From assembly GCA_024233595.1 (NCBI GenBank), contig JACKPK010000001.1, positions 60,747-124,746 of the forward strand: DNA of 64,000 bases. Reading direction: 5' to 3'. Positions 22,996 through 33,314 of the stretch are shown here, in pieces (positions within the stretch are counted from its first letter, which is position 1; each line of letters begins with the position of its first letter). The notes beneath the pieces were generated by a model. It did not search any database, had not been told where the DNA came from, and was given only the letters and a program-made list of their open reading frames with translations. Source of the stretch: Deltaproteobacteria bacterium. Its GTDB lineage: Bacteria > UBA10199 > JADGCS01. A program made the translations under genes and the position numbers.

Positions 22996-23637
22996 TTATA
23001 CAAATTTGATCAGATACGACACCCCATCCCGAACCAAGACAAATGCAAACCAGCCCAAACAAAGAGCTAAGATTTTAGTCGTGACCAAATAAGCTTTTCC
23101 CTGAAAAAAAGAGCGAAACTGAAAAGCGGTTGCCGCAATGGCTAGCTTCACGGCAATCAAGGTCACATAAAAAGAAATAATAAAAACGATCCCGCTGGAA
23201 CCAAATTCAGCTGTGTCGTTTTGGGCTGCCAAACTAAAATACAAAGGCACCCCAACAGAAAACCAAAACAAATAAGGATGGGGGCTAAAAAAATTAACCA
23301 AAATCCCCTGTCGCAAGGCAGAGCTTTGAAGTCGCCCTCCTTCTTCTGGTAATTCCAATGGAGGCATATTCGCAGTCTTCCAAGCAATCGCCAAAATAAC
23401 CAAGCCACCAAGTAAACTCAAAATGGCCAGAAAAAATTCCCTGTTTGGAATATATCCAAATAAATATATTATCCCAACGATAATCGGCCCATCGGTGATC
23501 AAAGGAACCAAGGCCACCTTGATTCCATTTTTCAATCCACTCCGAATTGTTTCCAGAAGCATCAAAGTCATCAAGGGACCTGGCGCCAAACCTGAAGAAC
23601 CACCTAGTAATATTCCTTTAGCCAACGCTTCAATCAT
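22996..23637 (-). CDS. LysE/RhtB-family amino-acid exporter-like membrane protein
   Basis: 213 aa with about six TM segments. The N-terminal 'MIEALAKGILLGGSSGLAPGP' is typical of LysE-type translocators. Confidence 0.6.
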   Translation of the reverse strand: MIEALAKGILLGGSSGLAPGPLMTLMLLETIRSGLKNGIKVALVPLITDGPIIVGIIYLFGYIPNREFFLAILSLLGGLVILAIAWKTANMPPLELPEEGGRLQSSALRQGILVNFFSPHPYLFWFSVGVPLYFSLAAQNDTAEFGSSGIVFIISFYVTLIAVKLAIAATAFQFRSFFQGKAYLVTTKILALCLGWFAFVLVRDGVSYLIKFV

Positions 23638-23873
23638 GATCGCGCCTCTACTATATATATGTCACTCTGTCGATACAGAGAAAATGAAGACGGAGTAAAA
23701 AATGGACCCATGCTTTAAGACCAAAGACCTGCAACACATCTTGGCCCAAGCTTTCCCAATTCCCTGGAAATAGAATCAGAAAAAATTAAACTATAACTTT
23801 AATTTATTTATTTTTATTAAAATATTACAAATACTTATGTTTAAACTTACCCCTGAACGGCCCAAGAACGTCG

Positions 23874-24746
23874 TCACTCGACGTTTTGAATCTGTTCGCG
23901 GAATTTTTCGAGCGTGGATTTGGCTTCCACAATGGTTTGAGAAATCTCGGCATTTTGAGACTTTGAGGCTATAGTGTTAAACTCACGGTTTAACTCTTGC
24001 ACCAAGAAATCCACTTTACGGCCAAGAGGTTCATCGGTGTGCAAAATCTCATCTAAGTGCTTAAAATGACAATGTAATCTTTCGATCTCTTCTGAGATAT
24101 CAAGACGGTCCAGATAGTACAAAACCTCGCTGTGCAGACGCTGTTCATCCAAACGCGCCTCGTCTTGCAACTGACTCCCAATGCGTTCACGTAGTTTATC
24201 TTCTAAGGATTTTTGGACAGCGGGTAACGCGCCCTCTACTTTTTTAGTTATTTTTTGAAGTGTTAGCAGGGACTCTTTAAAAAATTTGTCTAACTCGTCC
24301 CCCTCCTTTTTCCGCATGCTCGCAAGCTCTTTTAGGGCGCTTTCGACCACCGGCTTTAGCTCACTCCAAGCTTCGTCAGCATCCACACTTTTCTGGCTCC
24401 AAGAGGCCGCCCCAGACACCAATAGGCCAAAATCGATCTCGGCCTTTAGCCCCAAACACTTCTGGATTGATGTTAAATAATCGTAGTAATTTTGATAAGC
24501 TGCAGAATCTGTCTCGGCCATTTCAGCGGCCTTTTCTTCAAAAATAAAGACATCAACACGCCCTCTTGAAACCTTATTTTTGACCAATTTCTGCACCAAG
24601 AGCTCCAACATCGCGTATTTTCCTGGGGCCCGAAAATTCACCTCGCAAAAACGGTGATTCACACTTTTGATTTCGACCCGCACCGGAAAACCCAAAACCT
24701 TACCCGAAGCACGTCCCATACCAGTCATAGAATACATAAAAATCAA
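23874..24746 (-). CDS. yicC: YicC/YloC-family stress-induced protein
   Basis: 'SMTGMGRA' N-terminus, coiled-coil middle, and the C-terminal 'EVERL...LVQELNREFNTIASKS' DUF1732 signature. Confidence 0.8.
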   Translation of the reverse strand: MIFMYSMTGMGRASGKVLGFPVRVEIKSVNHRFCEVNFRAPGKYAMLELLVQKLVKNKVSRGRVDVFIFEEKAAEMAETDSAAYQNYYDYLTSIQKCLGLKAEIDFGLLVSGAASWSQKSVDADEAWSELKPVVESALKELASMRKKEGDELDKFFKESLLTLQKITKKVEGALPAVQKSLEDKLRERIGSQLQDEARLDEQRLHSEVLYYLDRLDISEEIERLHCHFKHLDEILHTDEPLGRKVDFLVQELNREFNTIASKSQNAEISQTIVEAKSTLEKFREQIQNVE

Positions 24747-24811
24747 CCTCTTATAGATATTTTTTAAAGTAATTGTCTTAAACCAAAAACAGGGCTTTGT
24801 TTTGGTTTATT

Positions 24812-25486
24812 TTAGAGAAAACTCACCTTCACGCTCACCTGGCCCACGTTGACAACATCGTTGTGCTTCAACTTTGTGAACTCAACTTCTTTGCCATTCA
24901 CATAACTTCCATTCTTACTGACCAAATCGAGCAAGGCCAAACCGGTTTCGTCCTGAAACAACACGGCATGAGAACGCGAAACAGAAGGGTCTTCGATCAA
25001 TAAGTCAGGATCACGGGTGTAATCACCCAAAACATGTCCATTTTGTCTTGAAACAGCCTGCTTTTTGCCTGTTTCTTTGTTTTTTCGTGATAAATACTGC
25101 TCAATCAGACCAATATTCTCTGAATTGAGGTTAGAAAACGAAAACTCACTCGGCTTCATGACCACAGTGCGGTCGCCATCAAAATCAGACACGCGGTTGC
25201 GACCAACCACAACACAATGCCCCAAACGCAAACTCCGTGTTTGGCCTTTGCTTGTGCTCGATAAAACAGTGAGCAAAACATTAAGCCCTTGCGCCATTTT
25301 ACTAATCTTTTTCTTGAAGGATATCGCTTGATCTATGCGAAAATCAGGAACGTCGCCTTTGACTCGGTAACCCATGAGGCAACCTTGGCAAATGATGATC
25401 TTTTCTTTGGTTGGCAGAAGCTTTTCGCCACCACAACTTGGACAGGCAAATGATTTTAATGACTTAAGGTCGACAGCCGGCCTCAT
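24812..25486 (-). CDS. FHA-domain protein with N-terminal zinc-ribbon
   Basis: N-terminal 'CPSCGGEKL...CQGC' zinc ribbon. The C-terminal FHA fold carries 'SRSHAVLFQDETGLALLDLVSKNGSYVNGKEV'. Confidence 0.6.
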   Translation of the reverse strand: MRPAVDLKSLKSFACPSCGGEKLLPTKEKIIICQGCLMGYRVKGDVPDFRIDQAISFKKKISKMAQGLNVLLTVLSSTSKGQTRSLRLGHCVVVGRNRVSDFDGDRTVVMKPSEFSFSNLNSENIGLIEQYLSRKNKETGKKQAVSRQNGHVLGDYTRDPDLLIEDPSVSRSHAVLFQDETGLALLDLVSKNGSYVNGKEVEFTKLKHNDVVNVGQVSVKVSFL

Positions 25487-25574
25487 AGACCCTCCCCAAA
25501 AAAAATGGGTCCTGCTTTGAGAACAAAACAGTGACCCATTACGTCAAAGATATCGATTTAACCGACTAATAAAC

Positions 25575-26156
25575 TTATTTTTTATTGTATTCAGCAATCA
25601 CTTTTGGAGTGATGTCTTCTCCAGTGGAAGCATACAAAACAGTGTCGGTTGAGTTCTCAATCACCAAGGTGTACCCTTCTTTTTTAGAAATTTCGAGAAC
25701 AATTTCACGCAAGCTTGTGAGGATTTTTTTAGCACTTTCTGCTTCCTGCATCTTTAGCTCACGCTCGTAAGTGGCTGCCTTGTTTTGAAGGTCAATGAAT
25801 TTGGCCTGAAGGTCTTGTCTCTTTTGCGCCAAAGCTTCACCAGATAAAACCATTTTTTGTTTATCAAGCTCTTGGCTTAATTTTTCTAATTCGGACTTCA
25901 TGCCATCCAATTGCTTTTTCTTAGACTCGAAATCTTTCTTTAATTTTTGCTTCGCCTTTTTGCCATCGTTCACTTCATTCAAGGCTTGCTGTAAACTCAC
26001 CAAGGCGATCTTCTCTGCAGCCTGAACAGTCGAAACAACCGCTGATGTCATCAATGCGGCTACAAGTGCTGTCACAATCCATTTACGAAACATGTTTTTC
26101 CTCCAAAATAACAACAAGTTGAGATAAAACCCAGAATGCTCGCCCCTTGCGAACAA
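25575..26156 (-). CDS. skp: Periplasmic chaperone Skp/OmpH
   Basis: Signal peptide 'MFRKWIVTALVAALMTSAVVSTVQA' (probable true start at 26093), a coiled-coil Lys/Glu-rich body, and position immediately downstream of bamA. Confidence 0.7.
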   Translation of the reverse strand: MFARGEHSGFYLNLLLFWRKNMFRKWIVTALVAALMTSAVVSTVQAAEKIALVSLQQALNEVNDGKKAKQKLKKDFESKKKQLDGMKSELEKLSQELDKQKMVLSGEALAQKRQDLQAKFIDLQNKAATYERELKMQEAESAKKILTSLREIVLEISKKEGYTLVIENSTDTVLYASTGEDITPKVIAEYNKK

Positions 26157-26281
26157 TGACCAGAATCTTTTCCCTGATGATTCTTGTTAAACAGTTAAAT
26201 GCATAAAAATCAAACGACTTTGACTCTAAACCCCTTTTATCAGCCTGGTTTAACGTGTGAATCTGGCTAAAGGTTTAAATT

Positions 26282-28555
26282 TTAAAAGCTTTGTCCGATG
26301 GTAAAGTTAAACACAACCCCAGATCGCCCTGGCTCACGATTGATCGGAAAGCCCCATTCAAAGCGCAAAGGCCCAAAAGGAGATTGCCATCTGAAGCCAG
26401 TGCCGTAATTCATTTTGATGCCATTGAAGCTGTAGTTCTGATGCTCGGCAAAAGAATTACCCGCGTCAAAGAAGGCCACCGCCACAATGCCTGCCGGTGC
26501 GTAAATAGGAATCTCGAGCTCCGCATTAAACAACATCATTTTGTTGCCGCCGTATGTGAAACTGGAATCACCACCCACAGCTGTTTGCGGCACGTTGAGT
26601 TCTGGTCCCACTGAGTTCAAATCGTACCCACGCAATGTGTTGATGCCACCCAAGAAAAAGCGGTTAAAAAGACCAACGGGGTCTGATTCTGTTGACTCAA
26701 TATAGCCAACCATGCCGCGTCCTTTTAAAACAAAGTTGAGCGGTAAAGGAATAAACACGCGCGTGTCGTAAGTCATTTTCACGTACTCGTTGGTGGCACC
26801 CATGTAATCGCTCGACCATTCGACCGTGCCCGAGGTGTAAAAACCTTTTTTGGTCGAAATGCGGTTGTCACGGCGATCGTAAATCACAGTTCCAAAAAGA
26901 GCACTGGTCAAACCAGAAGCATTCTTTTGAAAAAACTGCGGCACCTGGGATGAAAAGTTTGTGACCTCGACATCGTCGATTTGGTAACCCACGCGCAAAT
27001 TAAAGAAATCAAAAAGCTCACGACCAAAGCTGACCGAACCACCAAAACGGTTTTGATCAAAATCAGAGTTCAGCTGCGATTGAAAGCGCTGGAAAGTCAC
27101 CCCAAAGAACCATTTGGTGTCCAAAAAGTAGCGATCAGACATGGAAACCACAATGTCTTGGCGTAATTTAGACAAATTGGCTTGAATGCCACCTGACCAG
27201 CCACGACCAAAGAAGTTTTCCTTTTGAACAGTGGCTGTAAAAATAAAACTTTCGAGAGTCGAGAAACCCGCACCAATACTAAAAGTCCCGGTGTTTTTCT
27301 CTTTGACCTCGACCACCAAATCCACGGTGTTTTCTTTGGAACCACGCGGGATCGAAAGATTCACTTCTTCGAAATAACCCAGTTGATAAAGACGTAACTT
27401 GGAAAGCTCGAGATCGGATTGACTAAAAAATGAATTTTCGACCAATTTGAGTTCACGACGAATGACTTTATCGCGCGTGACATCGTTGCCCTTGATGATG
27501 ACCTTGTCGATCATGATTTTAGGGCCTTTTTGGATGTAATAAACAACTTTGGCTTCTTTGCTGTCGTCGTCGGCCTCAATATAAGGAATGATGTTCGCAA
27601 ACGCGTAGGCCTGATCGCCATAAACCGCTTTGAGCTTGTTCACATCTTCCATTTCTTGGGATTTGCGGTAAGTCTCGCCAACTTTAAGAGACAAATCTTC
27701 TGATAATTCCTGCGGCGTGGTTAAGATATCGCCCGCCAGCTCCACACTATTCACTTTAAACTGCTCGCCCTCGTGGACCGGGATCGAAATGTAAATGGCC
27801 TCTTTATCGCGGGTCAGACTGATTGTGGGGTCACCCACCTTCACGCGCAAGTAGCCGTTATCTAAATAGTAAAAACGCAAAAGCTGCAAATCAGCCATGA
27901 GCTTGTCGTGATCGAGCTTGCCTGACGACGACAAAAACGAAAAAGTACCCTTTTCTTTGCTGCGAAGCTTTTTACGCAACTTGGAATCAGAAAAAGCCTT
28001 GTTGCCAATGAATTGAATGCGGCGGACTTTAACCTTATTGTTTTCTTTGATTTGGAAAATCAATTCGACTTGATTGTTATCGGCATCAAAGGGCTCAATT
28101 TCTGTATTGATATCAACAAGATAATAGCCTTTTTCTTCGTAGAGCTTACGAATGGCCGCCTTGGTTTCCGCCACGCGCGCCATATCTAGGAGTTCTAGTT
28201 CCGTGACCTTGAGCGCGGCTTTTAATTCTTTGGCTTTGAGCTTCTTATTGCCCTTAAAAGTGAGCTTCCCAATGCTGCGCTTTTCGATCAGTTGGAAACT
28301 CAGATCGATTCCCCCAGAAGCATTTCGTTTTTTTACGGAAACATCAGAGAACAAGCCTGATTCGTAGAGTTTTTTGATATCACTCTGAATGATTTTGGAA
28401 GAGTACTCGCTGCCTTCCTGAGTCGAAATGCGAGAACGCACGGAAGACTCTGGCACCGATTGCAAACCAACAAAGTTGATGCTTTTGACACGCGCCCCTG
28501 CCAAAGCAATTTGGGGGAAGAGTAATATAAATATAAGGACAAAACTTCTGAACAT
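26282..28555 (-). CDS. bamA: Outer membrane protein assembly factor BamA
   Basis: 757 aa with a signal peptide, POTRA-repeat region, and a C-terminal 16-strand barrel ending in the 'FNFTIGQSF' aromatic terminus. 'YDTRVFIP' and 'GGNKMMLFNAELEIPI' are Omp85 motifs. Confidence 0.9.
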   Translation of the reverse strand: MFRSFVLIFILLFPQIALAGARVKSINFVGLQSVPESSVRSRISTQEGSEYSSKIIQSDIKKLYESGLFSDVSVKKRNASGGIDLSFQLIEKRSIGKLTFKGNKKLKAKELKAALKVTELELLDMARVAETKAAIRKLYEEKGYYLVDINTEIEPFDADNNQVELIFQIKENNKVKVRRIQFIGNKAFSDSKLRKKLRSKEKGTFSFLSSSGKLDHDKLMADLQLLRFYYLDNGYLRVKVGDPTISLTRDKEAIYISIPVHEGEQFKVNSVELAGDILTTPQELSEDLSLKVGETYRKSQEMEDVNKLKAVYGDQAYAFANIIPYIEADDDSKEAKVVYYIQKGPKIMIDKVIIKGNDVTRDKVIRRELKLVENSFFSQSDLELSKLRLYQLGYFEEVNLSIPRGSKENTVDLVVEVKEKNTGTFSIGAGFSTLESFIFTATVQKENFFGRGWSGGIQANLSKLRQDIVVSMSDRYFLDTKWFFGVTFQRFQSQLNSDFDQNRFGGSVSFGRELFDFFNLRVGYQIDDVEVTNFSSQVPQFFQKNASGLTSALFGTVIYDRRDNRISTKKGFYTSGTVEWSSDYMGATNEYVKMTYDTRVFIPLPLNFVLKGRGMVGYIESTESDPVGLFNRFFLGGINTLRGYDLNSVGPELNVPQTAVGGDSSFTYGGNKMMLFNAELEIPIYAPAGIVAVAFFDAGNSFAEHQNYSFNGIKMNYGTGFRWQSPFGPLRFEWGFPINREPGRSGVVFNFTIGQSF

Positions 28556-28624
28556 CCGGTATCCAAAAAAATCGCCGCGCCCTGACCCTGCTGTCTTAAA
28601 AGTACGCGCGGCTCTAAGCCAATA

Positions 28625-29308
28625 TCATTTGAGATTGGTTTGCCAATTCTTAATTTGGCCATCCCTTAAAACCATGTGATGAGTCAATCTCTTAGCAAAA
28701 TCAGCATGATGGGTGACCATGACAAGAGTGGCTCCTAAATCATGATTGAGATCACAAAGCAATTCGAAAACGTGATCCGCATTGCCTTCGTCTAAATTTC
28801 CTGTCGGTTCATCGGCCAACACCAAACAAGGCCGGTGAATCAAACCGCGCGCAATGGCAGCTCTTTGTTGCTCCCCACCAGAAACCTCTTTGGGAAAACG
28901 CTTGGCCGTGTGAGCAATGCCGACTTTGTCTAACCAAATCTGCGCTGTCTCTTCTGCTTGCTGACGCGGAGTCCCGCCAATGAGCAAAGGCATCATGACG
29001 TTTTCTAAAACAGAAAAATCTTCCAGGAGTTGATGAAACTGAAAAATAAATCCCAAATCTTGCTGACGAAATTTTGCTTCTTCTTGATCTGTCATGCGCA
29101 AAAGATCACGATCATTAAATGTGATTTGCCCCGCACTTGGTTTTTCGAGCCCACCCAATAAATTCAAAAGTGTGGATTTGCCCGCACCCGACTCACCCGT
29201 GACCCCTAAAGAAGCCCCAGCGGGCAATTCAAAGCTGACATCGCTCAACGCGCTCACTGTGGCGCCATGTTGCGCAAATTTTTTACTCAGATTTTGAACT
29301 TTAAGCAC
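28625..29308 (-). CDS. lolD: Lipoprotein-releasing system ATP-binding protein LolD
   Basis: Walker A 'GESGAGKST', ABC signature 'LSGGEQQRAAIARGL', Walker B 'LVLADEPTGNLD'. It is adjacent to two LolC/E permease genes. Confidence 0.85.
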   Translation of the reverse strand: MLKVQNLSKKFAQHGATVSALSDVSFELPAGASLGVTGESGAGKSTLLNLLGGLEKPSAGQITFNDRDLLRMTDQEEAKFRQQDLGFIFQFHQLLEDFSVLENVMMPLLIGGTPRQQAEETAQIWLDKVGIAHTAKRFPKEVSGGEQQRAAIARGLIHRPCLVLADEPTGNLDEGNADHVFELLCDLNHDLGATLVMVTHHADFAKRLTHHMVLRDGQIKNWQTNLK

Positions 29309-29347
29309 AATCCACCCTGTATCGTTTTTTAAATATCATGTAAATCA

Positions 29348-30502
29348 TCAGGCCTTTTTATCTTTTAAAAGCACCATGCCTGCCAACTGAGCCGTGAGCC
29401 AACACAAAAGTAATGCCCCGCTCACAAAAGCAACAATCCAAATGGGTTCCAAAAACACAGGAACACGATCCACAAAATAAACAGTCGGGTCCAAAGCAAT
29501 GCCCACTTTGTGCAAATAAAACACAAAGGCCAAACCCAAAACACTGCCCAGACCAACGCTAGCACCACCAACGCTTAAGCCCACAAAAACCAACAAACGA
29601 CCTAAGCCTTGTTTTGACAGCCCCAAACGATTCAATAAGAGAAACTCACGGCGCCGCTCCATAAAAAACAAAAAGAGAAAACCAAAAAAGTTTAAGCACG
29701 CGATCATCACCACCAACAAACTCACCGAAAACACCACCGTGCGGTCTAACTTAAGGGCTTCGAATAAACTGTGGTTCAGTTCTTTCCAAGTTTGAATCTC
29801 GAAATCATCTCCAAACTTTTGCCACAACGCCTCTGCTACGACATCCAGTTCTTCGACATGATTCAAGCGAATCTCCAAGCCTTCGACCTGCTGTGCTTTA
29901 GAAAAAGTTTTACGCAACAAAGCCAAATCCATCAGAACAAAACGCTCATCAAAATCAAAGTAGCCGCTCTCGAACTGACCCGCAATGCGCAAGCTCTGTT
30001 TTAACGACAAGCCCTCTTTGGCATTTATATAAGAGAAGGTCTCGCCTCTTGCTTGCAAACTACGGTACAATTCTTTGCCAAGATACGCGCCATCTCCCGA
30101 AAAGTTTTTTTCTTCCTGCCAAGACAAAGGATAAACTTCTTTTTTTTGCGCAAGCTCAATGCCTTTTACAATCACAGGCTTTAAACCCAATTTGGTGGGC
30201 ACCAAGATCTCGTGATACTGATACCCCGACGCATGAAACCCCTGCGTGTTTTCCAAAAGAAACGCATTGATGCTTTTCACTTCGTGTTCATAAAGGCCAT
30301 CTTGATGAAAAATAAGAATGTGCGCGTTAAAGTTAAGCACGGCATCGCGGTACACTTTTTGCGATCCCGATAAAATAGCCAAGGCCACAATCACAAAGGC
30401 CGAAACAAAAAGCAGTCCCAAAAAACTAATGAGCATGATTTGCGAGCGCACACTGCGTTCGTTCTTTTGCCCTAAAAACCGTTTTGCTAAAAACAACATC
30501 AT
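29348..30502 (-). CDS. Lipoprotein-releasing system permease (LolC/LolE family, FtsX-like)
   Basis: 384 aa with four TM segments, a large periplasmic loop and an FtsX-like C-terminal domain. The start overlaps the upstream paralogue. Confidence 0.8.
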   Translation of the reverse strand: MMLFLAKRFLGQKNERSVRSQIMLISFLGLLFVSAFVIVALAILSGSQKVYRDAVLNFNAHILIFHQDGLYEHEVKSINAFLLENTQGFHASGYQYHEILVPTKLGLKPVIVKGIELAQKKEVYPLSWQEEKNFSGDGAYLGKELYRSLQARGETFSYINAKEGLSLKQSLRIAGQFESGYFDFDERFVLMDLALLRKTFSKAQQVEGLEIRLNHVEELDVVAEALWQKFGDDFEIQTWKELNHSLFEALKLDRTVVFSVSLLVVMIACLNFFGFLFLFFMERRREFLLLNRLGLSKQGLGRLLVFVGLSVGGASVGLGSVLGLAFVFYLHKVGIALDPTVYFVDRVPVFLEPIWIVAFVSGALLLCWLTAQLAGMVLLKDKKA

Positions 30503-31764
30503 CCCAAATCCCTCAACACATCACAAAACGATTGTTTTTTCCAACGCCACAAAGGCAATAAAGCCACCAGGGTCGACAACAAAGGCGAAAACACAAATAA
30601 CAAACTAGCAGACACCCAATCAAATCGCAGCGGCAATTTTGTGAACCCATAGGCCGCAGGCAATTGCCAATCAAAATGCTGCGCGCTGCTCACAAGCACC
30701 AGCGCAAATAAAATACCGGCCAAGGCACCAAAGAATCCCAACAAAAAGCCAATACGACAAAACACCGCTTTGATTTTTTGAAGACTCAGGCCCAAGCTCA
30801 ATAAAATCGCCAAGGACTTGGAATGCGCCAGACCAAACAAGCCTATGAGACCCGCAATGTTCACACTGGCCACCATCAGCAGAAAAAAGAACACAGCAAA
30901 AAACACCAATTTTTCAAAACTCATGGCTTTGAGCAATTGCGCGTGGCGCTCTTGCCAAGTGATGATCTTCACACTGGGGCTTGCCTTTAAAAAAACGGTG
31001 GCTTGCGTAATGAAATTTTGCAAATCACCCCGCGGGTACAAAAAAAGTTTGTTTTCTAAAAAAACGGCTGGCGCCATGCGGGCCATAAACTTTGGCGAAA
31101 CCAAAACGGTAGACTGGTCGGTTTCTAAGTGATCTGTGCTGAACATGCCTTTGATAGTCACAGTGAGTTGATGCGGCTCCAATTGCCCCGAAGGCCCCAC
31201 ATCGGCAAAAGGATGCATCAGTTTAAGCTGTGGCTCGCTAATCCCCACCAGACCCAACTGAGCCAAAAGGTTTTCTCCTAACAAAACCTGATCGGCAAGC
31301 TGATCCCAAGATTGGCTCAAGGCTTTGCTCACCTGCTCCTCATTTTGTTCGGCAAAGGGTTCATCAAACAACCAGAGCTGTATTTTATTTTGCGTTGTAA
31401 AAAAACGTTTGGGAACCGCGCGCACCAAAACCGCAAAAGGGGTTTTATCCTGAAACGAAAGCAGCCCTTGAAAATCCTGCACCAAAAGAACTTCGTCACG
31501 ATCAACAATCCGACGCGCCAACAGATTGGCCTGCAAAGTGAGTAAATCTTGATGCGACCCCACAGCCACAACAGGAGCCTCAATGCCCAACAAACTGTCT
31601 TTGGTTTTTTCGCCAAGCCCCAGAATCAAGGTTTGAATCAGAAGAAACACAAACACCGACAAGGCAATGCCTAAAACTGACACCGCCGTAAAAGCCTTGA
31701 GTCCTCTGCCTTTAAGCCCCGAAAACAAAAAACGAAGAGCTAGCTGACTTTGCAAATCACGCAT
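30499..31764 (-). CDS. Lipoprotein-releasing system permease (LolC/LolE family, FtsX-like)
   Basis: 421 aa paralogue with the same topology. Together the genes form a lolCED-like operon. Confidence 0.75.
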   Translation of the reverse strand: MRDLQSQLALRFLFSGLKGRGLKAFTAVSVLGIALSVFVFLLIQTLILGLGEKTKDSLLGIEAPVVAVGSHQDLLTLQANLLARRIVDRDEVLLVQDFQGLLSFQDKTPFAVLVRAVPKRFFTTQNKIQLWLFDEPFAEQNEEQVSKALSQSWDQLADQVLLGENLLAQLGLVGISEPQLKLMHPFADVGPSGQLEPHQLTVTIKGMFSTDHLETDQSTVLVSPKFMARMAPAVFLENKLFLYPRGDLQNFITQATVFLKASPSVKIITWQERHAQLLKAMSFEKLVFFAVFFFLLMVASVNIAGLIGLFGLAHSKSLAILLSLGLSLQKIKAVFCRIGFLLGFFGALAGILFALVLVSSAQHFDWQLPAAYGFTKLPLRFDWVSASLLFVFSPLLSTLVALLPLWRWKKQSFCDVLRDLG

Positions 31765-31770
31765 GCGCGT

Positions 31771-33276
31771 TTAGGCCTCGCCGCCACTTTCTTTTCGAAG
31801 GATCGGGAACAAGATCACATCGCGAATAGACGCCGCGTCAGTGAGCAGCATGACCAAACGATCAATGCCAATGCCCTCGCCCGCTGCGGGAGGCATGCCG
31901 AATTCCAACGCTTTGACGTAATCGTGATCCATGAACATGGCCTCGTCATCGCCGCCTTCGCGTTCTTCCACTTGCGAACGAAAACGCTCGGCCTGATCAA
32001 CAGGATCGTTCAATTCAGAAAACGCGTTGGCGATTTCTCGACCCGCAATGAAGAGCTCGAAGCGATCGGTGATGTCACCGTTGTCATCGTTTTTACGACT
32101 CAAAGGCGAAACCGAGGTTGGGTAATGCGTGATGAATGTTGGGGAGATGAGTTTGTTTTCGATCAGCTCCTCAAACAAAGTGAGCTGAACAATACCCAGA
32201 TCAACAGAATCGGCATTTTTGATTTTAATGCGGTTTTGTTCACAACAGGCCAAAAGTTTTTGACGATCTTGAACATCGCTTTCTGACAAATCCAAATGCT
32301 TTTGCAAGGCTTCTAGTAAGGTGTAGCGCGCAAAAGGTTTGGCAAAGCTCAAATCTTTGCCCTGGTAAGAAACCACTTCGGATCCACAAACTTCCACCGC
32401 AAGTTTATTCAGCATGTCTTCGGTGAGTTCAATGAGATCTTCGTAATTGGCATACGCCATGTAAAATTCCAACATGGTGAACTCTGGGTTGTGTTGCGTG
32501 CTGATGCCTTCGTTACGAAAGTTACGGTTGATTTCGAACACACGTTCAATGCCACCCACAACCAAACGTTTCAGGTAAAGTTCGGGAGCAATTCGCAAAA
32601 ACAATTCCATATCGAGTGTGTTGTGATGAGTCACAAAGGGACGCGCCTTGGCACCACCAGGAATCGGGTGCATCATGGGCGTTTCGACTTCTAAAAACTC
32701 GCGCTCTTCTAAATAGCGGCGAATAAAAGACACAATGCGTGAGCGCTTTTCGAACACATCTTTGACTTCGGGGTTGGCAATGAGATCGACATAACGACGA
32801 CGGTAGCGCGCTTCTACGTCGGTCAGGCCATGCCATTTTTCGGGCAATTGCTCTATGGCTTTGGTGACCATGCCCAAAGAGTCCGCTTGAATGGTGAGCT
32901 CATCTGTTTTTGTGCGGAACAAAGTGCCCTTCACGCAAACCAAATCGCCCACTTCTAAATTTTTAAGAACGACATCGCCGTCTTCACCCATTTTGCCTTT
33001 TTGATAATACGCTTGCAAAAGACCAGAGCGATCGCGAATGCGCAAAAAGCCCGCTTTACCAAAAGAACGCACCGCAATCACACGTCCCGCCAAATCAACA
33101 GTGACAGGATTGGCTTCTAACTCTTCTTTTTTGAGACCATCGTATTTTGCCAAAATGTCTTTGGCAAGGTTTTCGGCCTTGAGCTTGTTGCCATAGGGAT
33201 TAATACCGGCTTCGCGCAGACGATCGGCTTTTTCGAGACGTTGTTGTCGGTAGGGGTTTTCTTTTTGCTGACTCAT
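31771..33276 (-). CDS. lysS: Lysine--tRNA ligase (class II)
   Basis: Class II motifs 'FRNEGIS', 'TPMMHPIPGGA', 'GIGIDRLVMLLT', plus an N-terminal OB-fold anticodon-binding domain. Confidence 0.95.
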   Translation of the reverse strand: MSQQKENPYRQQRLEKADRLREAGINPYGNKLKAENLAKDILAKYDGLKKEELEANPVTVDLAGRVIAVRSFGKAGFLRIRDRSGLLQAYYQKGKMGEDGDVVLKNLEVGDLVCVKGTLFRTKTDELTIQADSLGMVTKAIEQLPEKWHGLTDVEARYRRRYVDLIANPEVKDVFEKRSRIVSFIRRYLEEREFLEVETPMMHPIPGGAKARPFVTHHNTLDMELFLRIAPELYLKRLVVGGIERVFEINRNFRNEGISTQHNPEFTMLEFYMAYANYEDLIELTEDMLNKLAVEVCGSEVVSYQGKDLSFAKPFARYTLLEALQKHLDLSESDVQDRQKLLACCEQNRIKIKNADSVDLGIVQLTLFEELIENKLISPTFITHYPTSVSPLSRKNDDNGDITDRFELFIAGREIANAFSELNDPVDQAERFRSQVEEREGGDDEAMFMDHDYVKALEFGMPPAAGEGIGIDRLVMLLTDAASIRDVILFPILRKESGGEA

Positions 33277-33314
33277 GATTTGTTATCCTTTTTACTCAAC
33301 TCTTTTATGAAATT

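Noticed and set aside
23686-23699. 14-mer 'GAAGACGGAGTAAA' shared with 62585..62598, and 'GGAGTAAAAAATGGAC' shared between 8399 and 23693
   Set aside because: Several exact 14-mer coincidences are expected by chance in 64 kb (both strands). They look like generic RBS-plus-start contexts rather than a repeat element. A 23-aa micro-ORF at 23701 has no support.
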